DNA of 64,000 bases from Raillietiella orientalis (Eukaryota), in NCBI GenBank assembly GCA_036172245.1, contig JAYWIR010000023.1, positions 1,116,001 through 1,180,000 of the forward strand, in the 5' to 3' direction. The notes beneath the pieces were generated by a model that searched no databases, was not told where the DNA came from, and saw nothing but the letters and a program-made list of their open reading frames with translations. The translations under genes were made by a program, and so were the position numbers. Below, in pieces: positions 51,401-64,000 of this stretch. Numbering within the stretch: position 1 is the first letter of the stretch; every line of letters starts with the position of its first letter.

Positions 51401-52899
51401 AATGCTCCCCCTCAACACGAATGCGAGTAGTTTTGTGGGTAAGAAACCGCTGCAATTTCTTAAAATCAGAAGATAATAAAGATAACCGCGTAAATTTTGA
51501 TTCAAGAATTTGGCATCCAAATTCCAAACACCAGCTAAGTCACTTTATTTGGAATCAAAATATACACGGCCTGATTTTTCTCCCAATTCGAACCTACAAA
51601 CTCTCATTATTACTCATTTCATTCCTCTTAGCAAGTTCCTCTCATATTTAAACTTACCATAAATGATCCAAAACTAAACATAAGGCAAACCAAGAAATTA
51701 CCTACGATGTCACAGATCACCATTCAAATCACATACAACATAATTAATTTTTATAACTATAAATCCAAGATCTTTTAAATCCGTCATATGAGCCCGGAGA
51801 AGGCATCTACACCGTCTCCGGGTTAGTACAGTATCCTACGGCCACCTCCCAGAAATGTAACCATCCATGAACATCACCATGTACATTTTTATACCAATTA
51901 ATCCCGTATGCATGATTTTGCGCGATCAACTCCAACATCCCGTGAACAAAACATATTAAACAAACACGTAATCATAATGAAACTTCCTGCGTTGAATTTA
52001 TACCATCTTTTAAATATATAGATCTCTTTAATCCCTCGCACACTACAGCCAACAAACTGGAAGATGCATTCATTAGCCACCATACTCACAACTCAATCGT
52101 TCCCAGTTCACCAGTCACTAACTTTCCATCAGTAATCGCTCATATAGCTCACTGAATAAACCATATTAAGTTTGTAATCGACTTGCAGACAACACATCCC
52201 CTTAATTACATCAACCACAACACTAATCCTAAACATCAGCACCCTGTCGGTAACTCTTTTAAACCTCTGACTCTGATGCACCTATTAACCACAACATCTA
52301 CAACAGGAATCAGAAAGAACACATAAAACACAAAAGCAACTCGAAAATGTATGCAAAAGTTGACTCCAGCATAATCAGCATTACCATATATATTAATTCT
52401 CCATTCCTCAAATCAAACCTGCCTTGCAGCTTAATAAAGAATAACTATTAGTGGCAAATAATAGCTTATCCCATCGATTATTCTTCTAAAAAACTGCTCT
52501 GAGCTTGCACCTCGTCATCTGTAAGAGCATTACTCTTCAACATCAAGTTCCGATTATCCATCTACCTCTATCTAACCATTTACTATATTTATGTATCAAA
52601 AACATCTGTTTTTTTTTTTTTTTCAATACCCAAGTAACAACATACTCAACAAAAATAATGGAAACAACCCTGGAGCTAATTTTATCTAAATATCTATGAA
52701 TAAGCATGCCATAATGCAAACAAAGTAACACAATCAACATAATCTCTCTTCTCTCACACGGATTCTAGATAGAAAAGAATTAACATCTCGTAAACATATT
52801 CCCCTCTCACCTCTTACACACAAAAAAAAAGACACCTTGACCTACAAATCACTGTCAATTGCAACCACAGCCATCTCTTCCAAAATGTATCCCTCGTTA

Positions 52900-53700
52900 A
52901 TGCAAAACCTTCAGAAACTCAAATAAAACGTAATCATACCTACTTCAGTAATGATTAGCTCTAGTATAATATTGGTGTTCTATACCCTGTCGCAAGCTCT
53001 CACAATGAATTAATTACTAATCCCCCTTGTATGCTCGTCACCTCACCATCTACCGTATTCTGCTCTCACTCCAACCCCATGATTACAACTGTCCTGTATC
53101 TTACCGCCTTCTTATTAGCCAATGTCACAGTGAGACCAGAAGAAAACCCTGCTCATTAGCTATATTCATTAGTTCCTTATCTTGTTGGCATCCAATCCTC
53201 TATTTTGTCTCTGTGGGAGGGATCTGCATCATATCATTGTATATAAGCCCTTTATTCTATTAGGAAATTTCTTTCTGTAGCCCAAAACCTCTCATTATAA
53301 TCCCCTAATCATCCTGCGATCTACTATTTCTGCTGATCTCCGATCACCTAAACCAAAAATGCACCTCACATCCTCCAATATTCCCGTCTTCATTCTTCAT
53401 GTCATACTTCATAAAAGAGCTCACAATCACGCCACATACGATTCTCTCCAGCTGCAACTCAGTCCCGACTTTGCAACACTGAGAAATCCCACCTAAAAAA
53501 GCATTCCCACACATTAACAAGGTATGAGCTCCAATGTCTTTGGAAACATAGAATGCTTTTGATAATGCTTAACATGACTTCTTTCAGTCACCAAATGAAA
53601 AACAGGAATCATCATCTTTGTACCACCTTCACACCAAAGAAATATCCTTAACTCGCCTGCACTTATATTTTAATATTATGTTTGCATTATCTTCCAAAAA
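52900..53700 (-). mobile_element. Decayed LINE RT fragment
   Basis: Minus-strand LSKAFY (~53560) followed about 80 nt later by GGISQCCKVG (DLSKAFD- and GIPQG-like). Confidence 0.3.
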
Positions 53701-54966
53701 CATGATCTAATTATCTACTTCTACTTTTATGATCTAATGTGTAAGCTCGAAATATTTGTCTTATATTTGAAATTTAGGCTATTCTTGTACCTAGGAAGCC
53801 AGAAGATAGAAGATATAAAGATGAATCTCAAGCCAATTCCACTTGTAGTACTTCATGAAGCTATAAATGCTGAGATTTTGGGGGCACCGTACAAAAAAGG
53901 GCCAACTCAAGATCATGACCATCAAGGTAGTCACGTAATTGAAACCGTTTGACAACTAAAAGGTGAGACGCACGAAGATTTTTAATACAGTCGAGTAGCA
54001 GATGGTACGCCAATTACAGATAATTGTAAAACTTCTTTGGATGTTTAGAGAATCCTTTCAAGGTATAAAAAATTACATGTGGCCACAAGACGTACTTTAA
54101 GCAAGAGTTTAACCCGGAAAATGACCTAAAGGATGAGACTCCCAATTGCACTTATATTCACAAGATAAGTAACATGAATTTAACTGCTGACTATATATTT
54201 GGAGTCCTCCCATTTCGACCTTTCCACAGTAAGGAGTGGATGAAGTTCAGAATTGTTAGATGTTTAGAATGTCGCCAAATCATGCAGTTTTAATACACCT
54301 TATGTGGATGTCCAACCATCGATCTTGTGCCACAGAGATTCTCAACCAACGACGAGACTGTGATTTGATTTTCTTTACTAAGTACAACAAAGACATACGA
54401 TGGCGTGACCAAGTTTCGCTGTCAAGTTATGGGTGGGTCCTGTCAATCCACCCCGCCCACCAACCCACAGAAACACGATAACAACCTACCTTCATCCCTG
54501 TAAATACCATCCGTAGCACTGTAAATTAAAGGGATTTTCTAATGTGCGATGTACACCATCATTACTTTCAAAGATGTGCCAATTTCAGCTAATAAGTCCG
54601 TACTCCATTTATGATTCATCTTTTTGGACTCCCCATCCTGTTTCAGCTTGGCGGACGGGCAGTATCCTAATCGTGGACGGAAACTACGATGGGATCACTG
54701 TTAGTTGAAAATCTACTTTTCTATCAATAGTTGGCCTCAGTTCCTCTGTTTCAATCTCCACAACTAACTGACTGATACTACGCTCGGAACAGAAATGAAG
54801 CTCATGCCATTATGTTCCATCATCCCCGAATACCCTTCGCCCCGGGCGTACCCGGGTGACATCCCCAAACATCCTTTGTTCCACTAATTCTACAAGAACG
54901 TTCTTCTTATTTCAATCAGCAGCATCAACCCTGTTCTTTTTAATTCCCCCTTTTTAAACCATTTCC

Positions 54967-55016
54967 AATCCAAACTACTATCCCTTTCCCATCCAAACTA
55001 CTATCCCTTTCCCATC
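54967..55016. repeat. Two-copy ~23-bp tandem repeat (atccaaactactatccctt(t)tccc)
   Basis: Directly visible duplicated unit differing by one T. Confidence 0.85.
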
Positions 55017-55099
55017 CATCAGATTAATCACAACCCTAAAATTGGGAATGATCCCATGCCATTAAAACGATAAATCATTATGAATAACATATCGAGCAC

Positions 55100-56570
55100 T
55101 TATCCTGCTAACATGACGAAATTAATTCCCATTTATGAAATTTTTTTTTTTCTTTTTATGCATCACCGTCTTCACTACTTAGGGACATCATCTCCTCCAC
55201 GACAGTTCTATCAGTTCCATCAAGTTCCTATTTGATCAATAATAAACTCTTCATGAGTCTCCTGATTAGCATGAATAACCTCCATCAGAACTCATCTAAA
55301 AAACTCTATGGTTAACATAAGTATTTATTAATTCTAAGCAGAGCAATCATTCTTTATGTTATTCTCCTTCAACACCTTTTCTTCGGCCTTTATTCTCATC
55401 TCAAACCTTTGAGGAGTACCACTAATCTCAAATGAATATCCTTAGAGGCTCTTTCTACTCCTACATCAATTATCCCCATTGCATCTTTAATTTCATACAT
55501 TATCTATCGTAGGATCAAATTACCAAAACTTTCACTTCTTTCCCTTAATAAAGCTACGTCTTCATACTCCACATCGCTATCTCCAATCTTCATCACATTC
55601 TTTTCCTATTACCTTCGCTATTCCATCTTTCCATCTGACATTTAAATCCAGTTATTCAAAAAAGTTGCAATCTAGCATCACCACTCACTCCGTTTAAAAG
55701 AGATTAAATCATTAGGAAATTTACAATTATGTCCTTTCTCAGGCTGCTGACTTACAAATTACTTAGAGCATATCCCTCAGATTCAAATTCTAGGTGGTGT
55801 TATAAGTTAGACAGTTAAAAAAACTACTTTAGCTCTTTAACTGTTTAACTCTTAACATCAGTTTCAAAAATTCAAAATGTTATGGGCGTTATGCAACAGA
55901 GACTCGGATACAAACTACAAAGACACTAGCACAATGTTCACCTTAAAGAGTGTGAACTAGCATCCCAGGAATCTTTCAAAGATTTATCATTCTCCTAGAA
56001 TTCTCCCAGCATGATGCTTTCATTAATCATAATGAACTTCATATCATCACAGCTCGCTCCCTAACCATGACCTTCTTCCTAATTGTGTTAGACTTAACAG
56101 GGTGACACTGCACAATTAACCAACCCCACTCTTATTAGGTTTACCAGATAGAACACTTCCTCAATTAAACAATATCAGATTTTGAAGCCCTTTCAGACAC
56201 ACTTTTATAACACATTAATAATCAATAGCCTTAGAACATTCTTCTTTAAAAGACCAAGAGTTGGATGAAGTCTTTACTCAAAAGGTCCTATTTAACTTAT
56301 CCACAAGAACTTAGCCAGTTTCTTACTCTGCTGAGCAAACATCTCCTAAGGGCCATCAACTTCACCACCACCATCCCTAACATATACACTACAAACATTG
56401 CTATTCCAAAGATTCACCATCCTTTCATGATCCAGAATTTTTACTTCTACCTTACTATTCTTTGCATTACCCTTTTGGCAGACAGGAACTACACCACCCT
56501 TCAACCAAAACTTCAATACATCATATTTCAGCACCACAGAAGCAGGGGATTCTGTGCTGTTCTGAGACTA
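55100..56570 (-). mobile_element. Decayed LINE with APE endonuclease and RT remnants
   Basis: Minus-strand KGGVVPV...NVCSVY...KDF (APE-like), then AKVVF, VVMLD and GTPQR (RT-like) in the expected order. Confidence 0.35.
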
Positions 56571-57183
56571 CCGTGATTTTTCGGTAATCGTGAACACCCC
56601 AATCTTCCAGGATTAAGAATCACATCAAATGTCACATCACAACCAACAAATACCTCTGAAAACTTACGTGAGTTTACAAATATACTGTGCACTGATACTG
56701 ATTATATCGCTTGAGTTATAGAATTCTTTCTTGAATGTACACATTATTGCTAAACAATGGATTAAGTTATAGGCAGCCATGGATTATGATAACAGAGAAA
56801 ACAGAATACACCATTTAACACATGCATCCATGCATGAAACTGCTACGAATTAAACATTGAGCTATCACTGAATTCAAATATATATTCACAATTATATAGT
56901 GCCATTGGGAGTCATTTCTTATCTTGACATTAATTACACTTGAATACTTATTATCACAATGATTACTGCATTGATCTATAGTAATAGTTATTGACAATTA
57001 CTATGCCACTTTGATTAATGACCTGTACATGCTGCATTAACAATACAACTGCATGAAAAATTGGAAGCTCTACTTCAAACAAGAATTCGTTACAACAAGA
57101 CCTCAGAATAAATAATTTCTATTTCATGTATTTTACTGTGCAAATATATATATACAAAAGAATCTTATGTGAAAGTAAAAAAA

Positions 57184-60100
57184 CTAGACAGCTTCAGCTG
57201 GACTTTGAAATTCACTTAGTGCTTTGATTGGTTGTATTGTTCTCTTCTGGCTGCTCTTCCGAATTTTTGAGCGAACTTCCTCTGGCTTTTCACGTCTGAC
57301 CAAAGGTTTTTTTTCAGGTGCCTTCATTTTCCAAATAACTATTGGAGACTGAACTCCTGAAGCATGGCGAGGATATTTTGTGCTTGCTACATAACATGCT
57401 TTCACAGTTAAAACCACAGCATTCATCAAGTTTTTAGCAGCTTGTATGAGTGATGTTGCAGAATCTAAACCTGATACGATTAATTCTCCACTTACATTCT
57501 GCACATCTGCTTTCACTTTGGATGTAATATTTAACTGATGGCAATACAAAGCTATACGCTGCAGATATGCCAGCAAATCTTTCTTTGTGCTTGATTCTGG
57601 ACACTGTTCCACAATCTGTCCCGCTAGCCTATCTAATTTTGTGCCAGCTTCTGAAATTTTCTTTGCAGCATTTATTACGTCCATTGTTGTTTTTAGAGGT
57701 CCACGCCCTCTTGTAAAATCCGTCATTTCCATCATAATCATGCACATATGCTTTGCCAGAACAATAATGTCATTTCCTGTATCATCCCATTTGGCTACTT
57801 CCATATCAAACTTCATTTTCTCTGTTCGAAAATGTTCGACTTGCTGGGCTATTTTTTGCTTGTCTTCTTCACGAAGACGTCTCATAGCATCACGTGCAGT
57901 GGTGACTCCACTGACATCTGGATATTCATCAATTAATTCTGTGGTATGAGCACTTGATTTGCTGCGAGTATCATATGTATACTGTTCATCTAAGACAACT
58001 TCCTCTGGATCAAGCTCATCATCATCCTAATAAATGAACATGTTACAGATATCATAAATTACAAATGTGTACAATACCCTGTTCATCAATACAGCACGAC
58101 GTATTTCTCGCACACCATCATATACCAGGCGTGATGCATCAATGAAATCATTTTCATCAATATCACGAGGTGGTCGACAACTCAAACCATCAACAGCCAC
58201 CTCTACACGTTGTGCGAAATTGGGCATGACCTGATCACGAAGAACTTTTACAGCTTCTAAAACACGCTCTGTGTAGATGCCTGGCTCATAATTATCCATT
58301 TCAGCAGAGACAACATTTGCAACACGAGCAGCACGACCACGTATTGCACCTGCAGTTCTGTCTAATATATCTGCATCACCCTCTTGAAGAGCATCAACAC
58401 ATTTGTTTACATCATCCAGAATGTGGCTTTCTGTTAACACACGTAAGCATAAAGAATCATGATGTTAAGCTACTTGCCAGATACTGCCAGAAAATCATCA
58501 ATAGTAGTAATATCATCAACTGCTTCTGTTAGAATTCGAACTTGATTCTCCCAAGCATCTTTAAATGCATCCATATTTTCTTGTGCACAACGCTGTTCAT
58601 ATTTTGCAGCAAGAACACGTGCCGCATTAATTACTTGTGGGCAAAGTGCCTCAATGTGAGCTGCTGCATGGCGAACCATTTTGACTCCATCTTCTACATT
58701 AGACATGGAGCATGCTAAATTCGCTACTTCAACTAATTTGTTGGCATGCTCAGTGAACACTTTTGCATATTCTTCAACTTCTTCTTTTTTCCCTTTTTTT
58801 GCTGCTTCAACAAGAACAAGCAAAGGAACATTTGTTTCCAAAAAGCTATCTGATACATGATCCATCACTGCTTTACGCAGCTGTCGTCTCAAATCACGTG
58901 TTTTTCTGCACATGTGATCAATGGCACAATCCAAGGATTCCACTGGTTCTTTTTTCCCAACCTGATGTCAAAATGTTTGAGAGAAGACAATAAGTATCCA
59001 CTTACACTTGCCATGTATTCACTGAGAAGATCTTGCAGTGCCTGACGCACTGCATTACATTCAGCCACAATACGATCACGGCGTTCATCCCGAGTGCAAC
59101 TGGAGTCTGCCATCAAAGCTGCCCCACTAATTATGGATTCTAGACGCTCCTCCAAAGAGGGGCGCGTACGCACTTCATTGTATGCCAATGGGTCCATGAA
59201 GACAAGTTTATCAAAATCATCCAAAGCTGCCGCTAATTCACCAGGACCTTCATAAGCATTCTGAGATGTGCTGCCTGATGCTTTGCCTTGGGCAACTTGA
59301 GAAATTGTATTGACAGCCTCGCAAACTTGCTTGAGAATATACTCTCGGTTTGCAGCGGCAGCTGCTAACTCTGGATAACGAACAAATGCCTGCAAACTAT
59401 TAAAAAAGAAGCATCAAGGTCTCGCATTGTACCTTAGATGCTGTTAGCAGCATCATTGAATTCTTTTTCAGAATAGCACGTGCTGCAGCCAGATCATCTC
59501 TTAATTTTGGATCCTTCAATTCCTGCTGACGTTTTGCAGCAGCCTGAATTAATTCCGATGCATTCCTTCCAAATTTTCGAAAACATTCCAATATTTCTGC
59601 TTGACTTTGTGCTTTTTTCAGATGTTCCAAATCATCTTCGACAACTTGCAAACTTTTAAGCAACCGATGGACATCAACCATATCAGCAAGAATAAGTAAA
59701 CGGGTAACAGATGATAGAAGATTTCGTGCAGCTCGAACCATGTCACCACGTTTTGCTGAAGAGCATGGATCATCTGCAAACTCCCTTGATGAACGTCCCA
59801 TATTATCCCCTAGAAATGTTTCAAATGCAATTAAAAATTTCCTCACTTGATAAAAATTAACGTATGGCTCACAATAATTTCATCTAGAACTAAATAATTT
59901 CATTTCCCAATTTGTATGACATATGAAAATCCAAATATACATTACTGAGATATCCTACATTTTAACAAAACATTTAAAACAAAAACCATGTAGTAGATAA
60001 TTTTGTAATCACAAGAACAATAAACCATCACTGGTCTATCAATTAAGTTTTATTTCACAAGATACCTGTTTTTTTGACTTCTTCAACTGCTGATAGCATT

Positions 60101-62313
60101 TCATTCTGAATGTCCGGGTTTTCTTTGGCTATCTGCTCGCCCTTGGTAATGAAATTAACGGTTGCCTTGTCAACTGCTGCTACTAGCACATGTGCTCTTT
60201 TAGAACGACCCTTTTTTTTGCGTGACGGAACTTTCGAGTTAACTAAAGTTGTGACCTGCATCACAATTAGATAAAAATAGATACCAAAACAAGGGTTTTT
60301 CACGACAATTTCAAAGCTAATAAACTTAAACAATGGACTTTCTTTTGTCTCAGCTTCATTTTTTGTTGATCACTACCTTTTGTAAATACAACTTTCGTAA
60401 CTATTTACAACAGATGTTCAGATTAACTTTAGAAATTCGTTGCTTCAAAAAAGAAAAGTTTACAAGCTTAAAAAAACAAGCAAGGAACAAAATGCAAAAC
60501 AAAGTCACAATTCATCACAATTAGCAGTAAGCTAATCATGTTAATTCACCTGTAGCACTCAATTGAGAATCAACACTGAGAATAAAAATAGAAAAAAAGA
60601 TATTTTTAGAAATCACTGAGAAAATTATTAACATTATGAGGAAGAAATGCAAACTAGGGAATCCAGATAATGATAATCAATGCTTTTGTAATTCAAGATT
60701 CTTTCTGCTAAAGCAATCATGAGAAAGAAAAAAGTTAAGCTTAAATCCAGTTAAATCAAAAACTAACTATATAAACAGCTTTAACTAGGCTATAAAAAAA
60801 AAAAAAAAACTGGAATTCATAAAGGATTTCTATTAATTCACTGACCACTAAAGCACTTGCACAAATATCTGTGTGTTCCAAGCAATCATGCAAGAAAATT
60901 TCAGAACAACACAGGGTTTTTAGATATAGGGTCTACTTTCAAAGCAAAGCTTCGAAAATACTTTCTTGCAAATACCATAATGAAAACCAACTCCAATTTT
61001 TAGAAATTTAAAATAGTTTAATTAAAACTTCCTTAATACATTAGCATGCATGATAATAAATGAAAAAGTGATTTCCTTGAATGAAAGATTGAGAACATAC
61101 ATTGTGCTCGCCTTTAAAGCTCACTTAAATTTGAAGTGGAAAATAAAACAACGGCATTGGGATTGTTCTTAAGCTTGGAATATGTGAGATTTCCTAATTG
61201 GTGTTCTAACAGCTGCAAAAACAATACATTCAACTATTGAATATAATTTCAATCACATGATACAATCTTCTTCCATGAACTGTTGTGAAGATTGGTAAAT
61301 CCTAAAGCACATCATAAACAAACTCTCATAAAATACCAAGATAAACAACAAAATCAACAGAAAGTCTCATACAACCTAAAAACACAAAATTTGATTTTCG
61401 AAGATGCAATCAACATGAAAGATGAATAAAATATATAGTTAACTATAATAACTGAACAGATTACTACATCTATATATCTACTTATGAGGAAATTACATAT
61501 TATGATGATAAATCTATGTGACATTTATACATGATGAGACCTCATATATAAATGTCAAATTTATCTGTTACATAAAAAGCATAAAAGATAACACAATAAA
61601 AGACAAGACACTTGGAATCTACATTGTTGAAAGTGCATATAACGAAAATTAAATCAACAGATTTCATGGAACTTCTGTAATTAAAAGACAAACATGATTC
61701 TTGATTTCCTTTATTGAAATATCTAAGATCCTGTAACACATATCCAAAAAAACAAAAGAATACCTAGTTTACAAGAATGAATCTTGTCAAATGCATATTA
61801 TATTTTGACTAGATTCATTCCACATTTATACACCTACAATTTTCTTCAGAATTAGAAAAAGCATGTGGTTTAATATAGAACAAAAACGAAATTTGTGATT
61901 CAATTAAGAAACTATACATCAAAGAAACAAAATTCTGTTTCCAGTTTGTTGCAGATCCGTAAAAGTTTATGAAGATTTGATTCACAATCTAAGAGATATA
62001 ACATATCTTGAAAAATTCATAAGAGATCTGATGGAAACTTTGAAGTTGGGAATTTTGTAAATTAATTTGCAAAATCTTCGAAACAAAAAAATTGCTTATC
62101 GACTTATAACAATGTATGCTTATATGAATACAGTCTATGCTGACAACTTAGTTTTCCAAACTACTTTCCATTCGTTTACTAATTCACCTGTAGCACCAAG
62201 GGCTTCAAAGTTGCTTCTACACTTCGTGTTCGAATTTCTAAATTTGAAGGATCCCACTTGAAGAAAATTCGGTTTTCTTTTCCAGGAGGGTTTGAAATTT
62301 TATTTGTATTCAT
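57184..62313 (-). CDS. alpha-Cat: Alpha-catenin, 7 coding exons: 62313-62188, 60255-60066, 59809-59433, 59389-59006, 58961-58478, 58430-58078, 58026-57184 (918 aa)
   Basis: Highly conserved motifs: KWDPSNLEIRTRSVEATLKPLVLQ, VTTLVNSK, MVRAARNLLSSVTRLLILADM, RPSLEERLESIISGAALMADS, WDDTGNDIIVLAKHMCMIMMEMTDFTRGRGPLK, WKMKAPEKKPLVRRE. Spliced length is 2757 nt, in frame, with one GC-AG intron. Confidence 0.97.
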
Positions 62314-64000
62314 TGGAATATTTTAATTAAGACTACAATAGGCTAAGTCAATACAATATTACTCTGAAAGAAAGCATGCATATTAACAACAAATTATGTT
62401 ACGAAAGTATTTACATTAAACATTGTTATATGACAAATTATGAAACACATGCTTGTAAGAAATGCATTGGATTACCTAAATACGTAATAATTTTCAACAC
62501 AATATAAGTTCAGGGATCAATTTTTAATATTGACAAATAATTCGTAACTCTGCAAATTGTGTAACCAAATTTATTTTTTGGTTGTTGCAAGTCAACATGG
62601 CTAATTATATCAACAAATAGTAACTTTAGACCTTTTAAAACAAGAGGAAGTTAATTGTCCATTACAAAACACGTTTCCTTAACTAAATTTACCTGTATTA
62701 CAAAAATATATAGTTTTTCATATAGGTAGCTATAAACTTTTTGAATCCCATTGTGTACTGATCGCTGAAATTAGCTTGAAGCACAACGGAATTTAGTCAA
62801 ACAATCTCAAAGATGAGCCCAGCCCAGAGATGAGTAACACAGATAATCCGACAGATGACATCACAAAACAAGGAATCAACCTCTACCGAATTATAAAAGA
62901 TTCTTATGTGAAAGACTGTAACAGATTTCTTTACTAATGGAACAATAACTCGTCACGGATGAATTAAAAATTTTTTGCTCATATTAACTGGTCATTCATT
63001 ATCATGAAATTTAAATGAAAGAATTTGATAACGTGATTACTTGAAAGCAACGAGTGGACACATTTGAATTAAGTATGTTAATAATAGTTGCTATAAATTT
63101 GAATAATTTTGAACTGTTGTTTGCTGGACAATAAATTCTTTTAAATGATTCATATTAGAACATGCATACATATCTTGGAAATGCAAATGCTGTTTTTTCC
63201 ATGATTACAATTTTCAAGTTTTTGGTGTTGTCAATACTCAACCCATTTGAGAATTGTGGTTTCTGTTTGTATTCGAGACTTAAATTGAACAATTAACCAA
63301 AAATCAGTTCATATATAATTTAAGACTGAGACATTCTTAATCGGGTAAACCACCGATACCGATACATTGGATATTAGTTTCCAAGCATTTAGAAATAATG
63401 TCCCTTTTTATAAGTTGCAAAAAGTGCAGTTCGGAAACCTCTTATTATTGTATTAACTGGTAAAATTTTCATCTAATTTTCATTCTACTATCATGAATTA
63501 GAAAATAAATTTTGGAATGGGAAGAAAGAAAACTGGGAATAATGATACGAATCGTACAATCTGGATATGATAATTAACTTAATTATGAAATGCATCATCG
63601 TTATGAATAAATAAATAAATTGCTCATGATTGATTTCACAGCTTATATTAAACATTGCTGACGAGGCCATTTAATCTTAATTGTATCATTTTTTGATAAA
63701 ATAACTTTTAATGCACATAATTTAGCGTGTACACTTGTAAATCATTAACCACTGCATATTCCGCGTTTTTTTTAAATATCTCTGTTTAGTGGTCAAGGCA
63801 GTCGTTATATCCCCCTCTTCCTGTGCTTGCATTACGAAATAAAAAAGCGAATCATTTGCCATGTAATATCCTTACTTCACAACTCAATCTTATTCAACAT
63901 TCTTACTAATTAAAACATTATTTCACATAAATTATTATTAATTAAATTCCATTCATATAATACCTTAAAAATTAACATTAATTTAGTGTTAAAACCCCAT

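Noticed and set aside
1..64000. Prokaryotic genome, CRISPR array, rRNA or tRNA genes
   Set aside because: Spliced animal genes are present throughout. I saw no repeat-spacer array and no recognisable rRNA or tRNA.

Overview
Eukaryotic, most likely arthropod (pancrustacean-type), nuclear DNA; not a prokaryotic window. The left half (~1-32 kb) is visibly GC/CpG-rich. Its many overlapping ORFs are largely spurious. It holds one real gene (a Tweedle/DUF243 cuticle protein) and heavily decayed retrotransposon pieces. A 4-exon secreted EndoU (poly(U)-specific endoribonuclease) gene (30166-44122, +) spans the transition to AT-rich DNA. Its first intron contains a small AT-rich island with a disabled bacterial-type, Wolbachia/Rickettsiales-like prs fragment, a probable endosymbiont-to-host transfer. 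The AT-rich right half carries three minus-strand housekeeping genes with mostly 40-51 nt introns: PBDC1, NOA1 and alpha-catenin. NOA1 and PBDC1 lie in tandem only 96 bp apart, with a poly(A) signal and an orphan splice acceptor at the junction (candidate operon, dicistronic or shared-leader unit). Alpha-catenin has a GC-AG intron and a candidate 26-nt poison micro-exon. All gene and family calls come from my own translation and motif recognition; no database searches were run.
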